A stretch of 64,000 bases of DNA from Phyllosticta citribraziliensis (Eukaryota), in contig NW_027117353.1 of NCBI RefSeq assembly GCF_038025025.1, positions 62,001-126,000 of the forward strand, in the 5' to 3' direction. A program made the position numbers and the translations under genes. This document shows positions 1 to 12,115 of the stretch, in pieces (the stretch's first letter is position 1; every line of letters starts with the position of its first letter). Under the pieces are notes generated by a model that was not told where the DNA came from, made no database searches, and saw only the letters and a program-made list of their open reading frames with translations.

Positions 1-767
1 ACGGCAAGGTGCCGCGGGGATTCAATGGAGGTCAGACACCGGACTCGGTGGTGAACCCGGAGAGAGGAAGGGGAAAGGCCAACAAGTACGTGATGGGGAA
101 GAGTGGGCAAATTTGTGGGTGGAAGGCACGGCTAATGCGGTGTGGTGTAGCTTCGCGGTGGACATGAGCCCGCTCAACTTGGACCGGGTGCAAGACTGGA
201 TTGACCAGGGACGCCTCGACCCTTCGAAGCCGATCACTATGAAGGAGCTCCACGACTCGAGGTGCTTGCACGGAGTAAAGGACGGAGTGAAGCTTTTGGC
301 GAGGGTGAGCAGAACCACACTGATGGAGAGAGTAGTGAGATAACCCAAGAGCGCAGGGTGCAGACCAAATCCGCACACCCATCCGAATAATCGTCTCGCG
401 TGCGTCAGCGGCCGCCATCGAGGCCGTTGAAAACGTAGGCGGAAAAGTGGTGACGAGATACTACTCGGAAGCGTGTCTTCGACGCGTGCTCAAGAGCCAG
501 ACGGACCCCATCCGCTCGAGACTGCTCGTCACGCCCGCATTCGGACACTTCCCACAAGCCAATGCAAAACCGTACCCGTACCGCCTGTCGGAGCCCACGG
601 ACCGCAAGGACATCGAATACTACAGAGACCCGGCGCATCGCGGTTACCTGTCTTACAAGCTCAGGGACGGCTCCGGACCCAGCTTGTTCTTCAAGACGCC
701 GACACAGCCCAAGAGCAAGAACAAGACCACCAAGACCAAGGAGAAGACGGACAACAGGATTTGGTAG
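1..767 (+). CDS. MRPL10: Mitochondrial ribosomal protein uL15m (YmL10-like), 5'-truncated by the window edge; introns 86-150 and 305-356
   Basis: The spliced frame reads GKVPRGFNGGQTP...MSPLNLDRVQDWIDQGRLDPSKPITMKEL...GVKDGVKLLARG...IIVSRASAAAIEAVENVGGKVVTRYY...IEYYRDPAHRGYLS, which are L15-family motifs. The introns have GTACGT/GTGAGC donors and TAG/CAG acceptors. Confidence 0.9.
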
Positions 768-3700
768 GCGGGGGCGCGGGGCGGGTTGCGACGACGGGGG
801 CCGGGCCCGCTTGTTGGTTGCTGTGTAGGATGAATGATGGCATGTGTCACTATGGTCGAAACCAGTGTGGAAACTCTCGTTGTCGCTCGCGCTCGCGCAA
901 ACGGAGGGAGCGACGAGCGAGCGAGCGAGCGAGCGAGGGAGCCAGTGTGCCACATCAGAATCAGAGAATAAAGCATCACTCCCCCAACCATGGGCATTTC
1001 AAGGCATTCGTATCCGGGGTTGTAGCCATGTCTCATGTCAAAAGAAGAAGTTGTGGATTGGGGGGGGGGGGTTTTGGGGGCTTTCCTGCGCCGGCCGGCC
1101 CCCGTCATCTCCATTTCCTGAATTGAGCCTCTCGTATTTCGGGACGTGGCAGAGGCGCAAGCAAATCCCAGATGGCTTTAGTATGTAGCCGGCTCACTCC
1201 CATTTAGTGCGATGTGGTCTGGGGGCTGGCTGCTGCAAGTAGTGACGCAGCGGGCGAGTGGTGGCGGCGAAATCCCATCTCCGCGTTGTTGTCGTCGTCG
1301 TCAAGCACGTTCCCGAAAGCAGGAGGAGAGAGCAGGCGCCTTAGATTAGACCGCCCGGAACGAGGCGCAAAAAGAGCGAAATGTGCGGAGCGAGCGGTCG
1401 AAAAAGGTGCTGCTGATTCTCGCTTGCTTGCGCTTCGGTTCATATCACACACGGCTGCCGCCGGCTGGCTGGCAGCGCGGCCATCAAACAGTCCGTGTCT
1501 GGCACAGCGTCAAAGAATGGATGCCTGTGTCTGTCTGTGTGTTGGTGTGCGTTGTGCATCACCAGCACCAAAACACCCAGACCATCAGCATTCCCGACCT
1601 AGCCCCAGCCGGGGGGGAGGGGGGCAGCTGATCTGTATGAGGACATGATGCTGCGGGGGGGGGGGGGGGGGGACTACTACATGTACTGGGAGGGGAGGGT
1701 TAGAAGCAGGCGCGCCACCGCACGACGCGGACGGAGAAGAGGGCTTTTTGTCAGATGCGTGTCCGACTCGGTTGGTTCCTTGTCTCCAGAGAGCAGCCGG
1801 CCAGCCAGCCGGCTCCAAGGGAAGGGCTCGGCTTGCTTGCGGCATGTTGGTGTCGCCGCATCTGGAAAGACATGGATGATGGGAGGGACGGAGGGACGGA
1901 GGGAGGCAGGCAGGCAGGCAGCATGAGCATACATAGATACAGACATACATATCAGGCAGGCCCGGCTGGGGGTGGGCGGTGACACGAGCGCAACCGCCCA
2001 TTTCTTTGCCTGTGTTTCCCTGTCCATCCATTTTCCGTTTTTTTCTTTTCCCTGTCCTTCCTTCCTGCTTGTCTCCTCGTGGTCGCTTGCGCGCCGGGCG
2101 AGCAAACAGGGGACCGGACGTGAAGTGCATGGCGCCGGATTGACGGGTGGCTTACCTGGCATCATAGGTCATGGAGCCTCCTCAGCGGGCAAGGCATAGC
2201 CTCGCGCCCCGTCACGTGCAGACGATCGCTTTTTCTCTTGCCTCATGTGTTGTTTTGTCGCTGCAATCTGCATTCTTTGCGCGAGTAGTCCAGTAGTCCA
2301 GCAGGTGTGGACTTTTCAAACGAGGGCGGGCGGACGGCGGACGCATGCAGCGAATGTGGAGCAGCAGACGACGAGGCTTACGTTGGCGGTCACGGAGATG
2401 CTTGAGGCACATCCCTACAGCAGCAATCAATGATGAGGGAGTTCGGTGATGATGATGATGCCGCTGATGATGATGGTGGTGGTGGTCTGGTGGTAGCGAA
2501 GGGGGGAGGGGTCGGTATGGTGGCCAGCGCGCAACAGGCAGGGGTCAGGGCACGGAAGAAACACAACCACTTCCGGAACGCTCAGCGATTGCACGCACGG
2601 GGCGAGCAAGCGAAGCACCTAGCGTATACGTACAACGGACGGAGGCAGAGACCAATGAGCCACCGCACCCGACTCCGGCGATGATGAGGCTGGCTGGCTG
2701 GCTGGCTGTCTCGCGTCCTGTTGGCCCACCACCCACGAGCCTCCCCCCCTCTCCCCCACCGTCCATCACAACCACTCAGCAACCAACGCACAGGAAAGAG
2801 GGAGCAGCAAATAAGGCGTACGGCTGGCGCGGTGAGCCGGTCGATTGGACCCTGCTGGATGCAATATTTCCTGGACCCAGCAGTCGCACAAGCAGTTGCT
2901 CCACAGCCCGCCGCCGCCGCCGCCGCCGCGCACACGCGCATCACGACCGACCGGCGGACGGATGGACGGACGGACGGCCAACAAACGCCCACTCGGAACA
3001 TGGAGCGCCGCAGCGCGCCGCGCATCATTCGCAGCTGAGAGTGAGCGAGGGAGGGAGGGCTGAGGCGAGGTTGGTTGGGGTTCGCGTCGGCGGTTTGGGG
3101 TCAGTGGCACGTAGATACGAACGCGCAGACAGGCGTGTGAGATGATCTCGCTCTGTCAGGTCGGTCGCGCCCTCATCTCGATCAAACTAATGCCAGAGGC
3201 GGAGAGACGGGCACTCTGTTTGGCCCGGCGCGCGAGAAGGCGGGACGTTCGACGCTGCTAGACTGCAACATAAGAAAAGGGCCGGCGGTCAAAGCCTAAG
3301 CCCACTGCCGCCGCGGTCGACGATCGAGTGGACAAAGAGGTGTGCGACTCCTGAGCACTGGCTGCAGGTGTGCCGCGTACGGAGACGGACGAGGAGATGA
3401 TGGGAAGGGGTGGAGGGTGTTGAGGCCGAAACCCAATCTCCTGGTCCGTTTGGTCAGATGGGCCTGCGAATGATAATGACTGCGACGATGCTCATGCGCT
3501 CTCAGTCATGCCGATAGAGTAAGGTAATGATTGGTGTCCGCGGGTTCGCCTTGGCGGGTTTAGCACCGCGCCGGCCAGCATATTGGTTGCTTGCCTGCCT
3601 GCCTGCTTGCTGCGTGGTTGCTCACGCACAGCTACAAGATTTTTTCTTCTTTTCTGCCTCGTTCCCGTAATCAGCGGCCGGCGTTCCCTGCTAGAGCATT

Positions 3701-5045
3701 GTCTGCGGTACCGTGCTCCGCGTTGCTGGCCGGCTGGCTGGCTGGCTGGCTGGCTTGGGCTGAAAGCAATAATGACGCCGAGACGACTCATTCGCGTTCG
3801 ATTACCGATTGATATGGGGTAGCACGCTTAAGAGGCCAGTCGCCGGCTGAGGCGTTTCATGTTGACGTCTGCAAGGAGAATCAAGAGGCTTTCACACGCC
3901 CGGACGACGGGTCGGTCAGTCGGTCGGGCGAGATGTTGAATGAAGCGGCGCGGAGAGGGGTGAGCAGAATCCTTGCGACGGCACCATGTAGTTTTCTATC
4001 GCGATGGTCAGAAGGATCGCGACGCAGCGCAAAGTTTGATTAGGCTAAGGGAGGGGAGAGAGCAAGATATGGCTGGAGGCGTTGACTCGCTGGGCCAACA
4101 ACATGGCGTTTTTTTTCTGGCCGCGCACCGGCAGTGCAGCACAGCACAACCATGGAAGAAGGCGACGAAACTGATTACTGCTGGAGCAGCACATGATTCA
4201 GGCCGGACAAGGTTCATGTCCACGGCGGCCATGAGGTCACACGCGAACAGGCGCGTCGCCCGGCTACTCGGGACGGCATACGGTATAGCACTCTACGCGT
4301 CAGTCAGGTCAGGGCGACGTAGGCGGGCACAGAGTTTGCAACTGGACAGAGCATGTCCAGCTTAGCCGGCATTGATTCGATAGTCGGCCGTCCTTGTCCC
4401 CAGGGCCCAGGGATGCACACTCGTAAGCCCGCCATCACGTAACCACCGGTGGCTCTCACCAGCCTGACGCAGCGATGGAACTCGGGCTGGCTGACAGCTC
4501 GCCTTGCCCAAGGTTTTTTTTTTTTTTTTTTTCGCTGCCCTCCTGTGACTGTCCCTGCCCACGCCCACACGCTGCAGATCCCAAATCAAATCACGGAACG
4601 GGTACGGTACCTACCTGAGGACGGAGCTGCTGTTCTCGTCGACGGCAAGGCATGGCATGCTGATGCTGACGGCGGCCCCTATATTGACGAGTGACCGAGG
4701 CGTGGCACAAGCAAAGACGGGCTGGGCTGCCCAAGTGATTGATGGTACGGTATCAGGAATTGGACGGGGGTCGACGGTCAGGAGGAGGCAAATGACGGAC
4801 GGGGGGGGGGGTTGAGTATTCCGCGGGGCCGATGATGAGCATGAGGACCTTCCTTTGTTCTCCACCTGGCGACGAAGGACGCGCGCGCAGCAAAGGATAA
4901 AGAATGAGGCCAGCTAGGCATCGATTGACCGACTGATTGACTTGACTTGGGTGCTGGCTGCATTGATGGCGGCGTGCCTTTTGCCGGGCGACGTGAAACT
5001 TGGCTCTTGGCGGGACGGAAGAGTTAGCGCGCGTGTCGCTCATTT

Positions 5046-5140
5046 GGCCGCTTTGGCTTTGGCTCTGGTTTTGGCTCTGGCTTTGGCACTGGCACTGGCT
5101 CTGGCACTGGCTCTGGCTCTGGCTCGGGCTTTGGCTCTGG
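5046..5140. repeat. Imperfect hexanucleotide microsatellite (TGGCTC/TGGCAC/TGGCTT)n
   Basis: Visible tandem hexamers, which generate the spurious ALALAL, QSQSQS and EPEPEP ORFs. Confidence 0.9.
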
Positions 5141-5746
5141 GGGTCCACGTAACGACGAGTACGAGTAGGGGCGGCCGGCCGGCCTGCGCGCTGCAGTCTT
5201 GCGCGGTGCTGCGCCTGCAAGTGACTGCAACGAATGATACATGATTTTTTAAAAAAAAAAAAAAAAAAAAAAGTCGAATCGACGGGCGCGGACAACACGG
5301 ACGCGATGGCGCTGGCGAGTGTGTGAGAGGCGCGCGCGGCCCCTTGACACGCCAGAGCAGGCAAGGAAGGCAAGGACAGACAAGGAGGACAGGATGGGAA
5401 GGAAAGGCCGGGCCAGGCCTGACCAGGACAACACCGACACGACACGACACGACGATTGCGACAAGCAAGGCAGCTGTGCTGTGCTGTGGTGATGCCGAGC
5501 CGAGCGACATACGGACGGGATCAGTGGCACCCACTCAGTTGCTGCGACACCCTGGCCTGGAGCAGCGGGCCCGTCGGAAGTGAGAGAGTGCCACAGGGCA
5601 GGCTCAGCGTCGATGGTGTCGTCGTGGTGGAGGTGGAGGTGGAGGTAGTGGTGTTGTTGTTTGTCCCGCCGGCGCCGGGCTCGGGCAGGCTCATGCTCAT
5701 GCTCAGCGCAGGATCCATCGGGTCCCGTCCAGTCAGGTCAGGTCAG

Positions 5747-5786
5747 CGAGGGTGAGGGCGAGGGTGAGGGCGAGGGTGAGGGCGAG
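5747..5786. repeat. (GAGGGT/GAGGGC)n microsatellite
   Basis: gagggtgagggcgagggtgagggcgagggtgagggcgagg is seen directly. Confidence 0.85.
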
Positions 5787-6906
5787 GCGGCGCGGGCTAG
5801 CGAAGCCAAAAAAGACACAGGCATGGCATGGCATGGCATTGAAGAGGCAGAGAATGGGTCTCGACGCTGCATCTGGGCTAGCCCCAATTCACTGAGGGAT
5901 CCTTGTCTGCGGTGGCTCCAGCCGGCTGCATGTCGCCCGGTTGCTCTGACATCAACCACCGCCCACAATTTGGATCAGCCTCTTTTCAACCTCGCTCCAG
6001 ACTGACCTGACCGTCGCTTCTGCTCCACTCCGGCGCCCGCAGACAGACATGGACTGAACCCACACACAAACCATCCCAGCTCATTCATCCCATCGCATCC
6101 TATCCCGGCTAACCACCCACAACATAGCCCATCCCATCCCATCCCATCCTCCCCCCCCCTGCCCTGCCCAGCCCTCCCTCCACCCATTCTGCCCGCCCCT
6201 CTGCTTCCTTGACCTGACGCCCGCGTCGCCGCCGTGCCCGTGGCCGTGGCCGTGGCCGTGACCGTCTCCGTCAGTGCCATCCATCCAATGCGATGCGATG
6301 CCATGCCATGCCATGGCACCCAGCATGCCTGGAACTTTCCTTCCATCCCGGCGGCGCGAGCGTGCTCCTCTCACGATACGCCTGACTAGTCCTGAATAAT
6401 GTTTTATCAAAAAGAGGTGCCTCTCCGCCGCGCCCACATGCAGCCTACGCAAAGCGAAACGCCATCATCCTCACCTACTGCCTTGGTCGCCGCTGCGTCT
6501 CTGCCCCGTCTCTTCCATTCGCAGTCCTGCAGCATCCTTTCCTCGTCCTTGTTCCAACCCTCATCTCCCGCTGCCTTTTTCTTCCTCCGACGCCTCCATC
6601 TCTTCCTCCACGTCCTCCTTTCCGCGTAGCTCCCAGGAAACCATCGCACATATTTTGCGAGCATACCTCGACCGCCGCTCCTTGCTTGGCCGCCAGCGAA
6701 TGAAGGGACCAAGCAGCATTTCACTCATTCTGGAAATGTTGTGAAGCTCCACCCACCGAGCACCTTCCTCAGCCTCCCTCGACCACGACGGTGACGACAA
6801 CATACAACCCACCTCACTCACCCACCCACCACCTCACCACTGCCTCCCCGTACCTACTACGCTCGCCGCCCACCGCCGCCGCTCCTGCTCCTGCTCGCTC
6901 GCCCTC

Positions 6907-8857
6907 ATGCTCCAACTACAGCGGCCCCAGCCAATGCCTCACGCTGTCCCGCTCCACTCCTCCGCCCTCCACTCGAAGCTTGCCCACCACCACCAACAAC
7001 AACAACAACAACACGGTACAAGACAGGCACGGCCAAGCCTTGGCTCTCTCGTCACGCCTCCTGCGGAAATGACAAGCATACATGGCGCACCCAATGGCAC
7101 CGTTCTAAACGGAAGTCGCCCTGCTCAAAGACCTGGTGGTGCCGCTTCACTCGACCGGAGGCACCTGCAGCACCCCGCCGACGTCAACGCCGTCATGGCA
7201 AATGGCAGCAGACCACCTCTCCCAGCTCCCTCACAAAGCTTTCACAGCCAGACCAGCAGGCCTTCTAGTCCCCCCAAAATGCCTGCAACGTTCGAGGACT
7301 ACGCGTCTGCTGCCAGACCTCCAAACAATTCCGTAGCCTTGTCGCTGCAAATACCGTCCACAATCACCACACCCCAAACGAGCATGCCTCAACTTGCTGC
7401 AGAGGTATCTTCTTCAGACCTGGCAGGTTCACATCCAGTGGCTGACTGATTTCCAGATTACATGCCTTTTTTGGTTCGAAAACTCGTCCGTTCTGCATCA
7501 GGCGCTCGACACTCGCACACCTCCACTTCCAATAGCTCCTCTCGTCGAAGATGCCCAGCCTACGCCTGGCTTCCGCAAATGGGTCGCGACAATTCTCTCA
7601 ACTACGCAGGTGACACAAAACGTGGTTCTTCTGGCACTGCTCTTCATCTACCGCTTGAAGACCATCAACCCAGCTGTCAAGGGCAAGCCAGGCAGCGAGT
7701 ATAGGCTGCTCACGGTAGCCTTGATGCTAGGCAATAAATTTCTCGACGACAACACCTACACCAATAAGACGTGGGCCGACGTGTCTGGAATATCCGTCCA
7801 AGAAGTTCACATAATGGAGGTTGAATTTCTCAGCAACATGAAGTACAATCTCTTCACGTCCGCAGAAGCTTGGAACAAATGGCATGTCACGCTTGGAAAG
7901 TTTGGAACCTACGTCGACAAAGCTTCCAGAGCACGGCACGAGCTGCCGTTGCGGACGCTGGGACCCCCTACGCCGACCCTCCATGTCCCCCCGGCTTTAC
8001 CATCTCCACCGCACTCGACCCATGCGTCGCCGCCCTTTGCCAATGGCTTTTCGCCTAATCACTCATACTCCAACACGCCGACCTTGCCCCCCCAAATTTC
8101 CTCCACCGCAGTATCACCTATTGGACCGCTACCGGAGCTCAACCTCCGTCCAGGCACAAGGAAGAGGAGCCATGACGAACATGTCCTTGAGCCTGCGTCT
8201 AAGCGTCCACTCCGCGACTTTGCGTCTTCCACTGGCCCGCGGGAGACCCTTCTAAATTTCACCACAATGTCTCAGCCACCCCCGATGACGCAGACGTCAA
8301 ACCCGGCCACAACAGCGCCGCCCCCAATGCTGCCGCCCCTACCAAATCTGTCGGTGCCCCAACTGCCACCACCGTCGGGACGTGCCATGTCTCTTGTGTA
8401 TCCGCCCCCCATGCAGTGGGGCCAGCAGCAGTCAAGCATCCCTACCTCTGGCGGGCCAATTTTGCCGATACCTCAGCCCCAGCAACATGCCATTGCGGCA
8501 TCGCGACAACTGAGCCCCTATCCCAATGACCTTGCGTCCAACTCGCCAATCCATCCCTCCTTCAGCTCGGCGGCGCCTCCCAAGCAGAATAGACTGTCAC
8601 CGTCTTTCTACCTGTCGCAACGCAGCTCTCCTTACCGACCGGTCCGTCAGGTCAACACTCTGCTCGTCCCTCCGCCCTCGGGATCGATGAGCCAACTGCC
8701 TCGCTTGGGGACTGACCAGATGCAATACCAGCCTTTGGGTCGGCCGTCAAACGAGCGACGAGCAGGTCCTCTTCCCTACATGCATTTTGAGGCCTGGCCT
8801 GCGACCAACCAGTTCAACCAGTGGCCTGTCCTGCCTCAGCCCAACTTTAGCCGGTAG
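6907..8857 (+). CDS. CLG1: Pho85/Pcl-family cyclin-like protein (Clg1-like); intron 7405-7456; start could alternatively be the ATG at 7069
   Basis: Cyclin box FRKWVATILSTTQVTQNVVLLALLFIYRLK...GSEYRLLTVALMLGNKFLDDNTYTNKTWADVSGISVQEVHIMEVEFL. Splicing joins QLAAE|ITCLFWFE across GTATCT...GCTGAC...CAG. The tail is Pro/Ser-rich. Confidence 0.85.
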
Positions 8858-9903
8858 TCACTTTCCTTGGTTCACTTAATGATTTTTATTTCATAACGAG
8901 GAGCATCACACATTGTTGCATGCAAAACGGCGTTTTAGATGGAAACAAACATACGGACTCCCATCGAGTCACCTAGGGGCTGTATCCTTTTCTTTCATCT
9001 CATCCAAGCAGTCGCATGGGTCAAACCCCCTGTATATGCGCTGAGGCCTGGGTTTGGAGCTTAGCAGATGAACGCTTTGCTCATCGTATACATTTGCATT
9101 GCTCGGCGTTTATTTTGATATCCGAAACTTTACAGACAGCGAGCGGTCTGTTAGCAGGCAAAGGGCTCATCTTTTCATCTCTCAAAACTTGTATCCTAAG
9201 ATTGGCATGCCTTCGGTGCACAATGGCCGCTTTGAGCAGTGGTCGCCGAGGCTAGTGAGAATGGCGAACGACTGGCATTTTTCGAATTTGGCACAACACA
9301 GCCCTGCAAAGGTGTAAAGCTTGAGAAACGAAGTGGGCCTGGCAATGTCAACGGCAGCCGGTACACGCTTGCCATGGCCTTGACCTGTCTGGACGAATCA
9401 GAGGTGGCATTTGATGTAAGGAGAGGGGGCTTGGTGGTATAACGCGCGGCAGAGTCATGCACTCGATAAACCGAGTGTGCCAATCGAACAAAGAATACGA
9501 GTTATGATGGACGGCACAACGGGGGTTGACAGGGTTGGTGGAAGGCGTCTTTGTTTGGTGTGCGTCCTACGGCAGGGCGTTGGATTACATAGCTCGAGCG
9601 CCCTGGCACTCCGCGATGGTGGTGGCAGCCACTCAGGACCACTGCACCTCAGCCGAGGTCCGACAGGGGAACATTGCCAACAAGCATGTTGCTTTCCCAA
9701 CTGCGACCAGCACATCGCAATCATGCTTTGCACGAGTTTGCCTGCAGCCTGAGCCTTCATTGCCCGACGACGCCAAACGAAATCCAAGGTGGAGGGCATC
9801 TGGCGATCTCGCCCGCCCATTTGTTGAGGTTGCGTGGGAAACATCTCACCAAATACCGTTCGCCTGCCTTACTTTACCGAGTCGTTAAATCTCCGCGCCC
9901 AAA

Positions 9904-11101
9904 ATGGACCATGACGACGCCGCCGCTAATGGCAATCAATATCTGTCCTTTGCGCAGCTCATGCGCCTGGACAAGGTCGGCGACGGCGCCTTCAAGAGCA
10001 CGGCGAAAGCTTTTTCGCCTGGGGGAACCACGGCGGCGTACGGCGGTCACGTGTACGCGCAAGCTGTATGGGCTGCTAGTCAGACGGTGAGGAGAGGCTT
10101 TGTCGTGAGTGTATGTCGTGTCTGTACGTTGGTGCTTCTGCGGCCTCCCTTCGCGTTGTGTTTTCCTTTTCCGAGTACGGATGCTTAACGACAGACCCCC
10201 TTTCTGTACCTTGCAATCAGTGCTTTCGCATCTTTTCCTTGTCTGTCTGCCCCTTGTCTCTTGCCAATGTTGACAGTTGACCTTGGTTCTCCTCTTCCAG
10301 AACGTGACTGGTTTCTTCATTCTCCCCGGCGACACCACCCGCCCCTTTGTCTATCACGTTCGTACCACCCGCGACGGCGGCCGGTACTGTACGCGTAGCG
10401 TCGATGTGTTCCAAGAGCCACAGGGCGGTATCTGCTTTACATGCACTTGCATGTTCAAAGTGGATGAGCAGTCAGACTACGATTGCCAGGATCCTTACGA
10501 CCTGCCCCGGAGATATCGCAGCGCGCTTGGGGACCGCCGCCCCGAAGACTGGCCTGAGGCACCATCGGTCGACTCGCCGTGGTACTGGGAGATGCAAGCC
10601 GCCAACAACGGCACGAATCACGCCTTTCCCGGCCTGTCGTTGAGAAAGGTGGACATGGAGCCGTTCAACCAGGACCGCGGACCGCTGGAACGCCGGCAAC
10701 TGCAGTTCTACTCGACCACGGGCGACATGGCGGCCGTGGGCGAGGAGCACAACTTGCATGCTTGCGCGCACTTGTACGCTTGCGATCGTAACTCCCTCTT
10801 CATGATCCCGAACCACCTGGGTGCTGGGGACGGCTACACGCAGATGGCCAGTCTGAGCTATACCGTCGTACTCCATGTGACTAGTCAGGAGCTTGCTACG
10901 CAAGTCAATGGGAAGAAGAGGTGGTTTTGCCAGGAGGCTCGGATCAGTAGGGCTGGGGGCAATCGAGGGCTACATGAAAGTCGCATCTGGGGCGAGGACG
11001 GTAGACATATTGCTACCACTATGCAGGATGGGCTAGTCAGGATAGGGAGTCCAAGCAAATGGGCAGCGAAGATGGGCAGTGCTCGAAAGGCAAAGATGTA
11101 G
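9904..11101 (+). CDS. TES1: Acyl-CoA thioesterase II (hot-dog fold), probably peroxisomal; one intron 10105/10111-10300
   Basis: AYGGHVYAQAVWAASQTV, RPFVYHVRTTRDGGRYCTRSV, HLYACDRNSLF, MASLSYTVV and HIATTMQDGLVR are TesB-like motifs. The C-terminus is -AKM, a PTS1-like signal. Confidence 0.85.
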
Positions 11102-12115
11102 TGGCATGGCGTTCATCATACGTCCGTCCGGTGACGGACCTCTGCCCCAGACAATAGTCATGGAGTCGACCTGACAGAGCTTTCAGCATTTGCTTTGTCG
11201 GACGCTCTGGGTCATGCCAAACCCGACTGTTTGACTCGGACTTGCAGTGGGGATGTCATGATGTAGTTGTCCATGCACAAACCAGGCGTCTCGAGACAAC
11301 AGAGCGGCGTAGTCGCTTCTTGAGGCGCAATCCCGGTGCATCTCTTGCATTACAGCCGAACCAACTGACGTGCCATGGGGTGAGATCTTGACACGGGCAG
11401 CTGATCTGGTGTATATATTCAAATGCATTCTCAAAGTCTCCATGCCCCTCCCGCGGTTTCCTCCAAACCATTGTTTTCTTTCCCCTCCAGACGCCCTTCT
11501 TCCCCGCTCTCACCCACTTTCCTGGAATGAGCTATACTTTGACAGTTCCCGGTCTCGTCCGAACTGAGGCTGTCGCGCCCGCACGCCCGAGGGTTGTCGG
11601 TTGCCGTAAAGACCCGATGCCATCACTGCTAGCGGCACGGAAGGCGGGGTCTAGGGGTGAAGAGCAGAGGAATACATAAATGCCACGACGGCCGTGATCA
11701 GCCGGGGCGGAGGCGGAGGGAGAAGTCGAGAACCGAGAAGAAGTGGATAACGAAGCGGCGCGCTGCAAATTCTCGTCACCACTCGCAGCGCCAAGGGCGA
11801 GAGATCCGACGACGGCGGCGAGCCGAGCCATCAGCGAACCATCAGCCTCGCCAACGTCGAGGGGCCTTGAAAAAGAGGATCCATTGTCGCCGACGCCGCT
11901 GACCTAGGAGCTGAGATAGGGCAGGCTTTTGTCATTCAGCGTACGGTTGGCACGGCAGGGCAGCTTCAGGGTCGGGTGGTTGGACGGCGGCGTCTTATCG
12001 GCGCCTTGGGATCAGTCAGGGCCGAGCGGAATCGTCATCGCTTCCCTTGAGAAAAACTGCCGCCGTCTTTGAACAACAACACCAACAACACCTTCTGCCC
12101 TTATCCCTAGGCAAC

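Noticed and set aside
4753..5534. ORFs with ALALAL, QSQSQ or EPEPK repeats
   Set aside because: These are translations of a hexamer microsatellite and poly-A/T runs.
10109..10300. Stwintron (intron nested in a donor) in TES1
   Set aside because: Removing 10111-10194 would create only a weak GTACCC donor at 10109, and the resulting exon phase breaks the reading frame.
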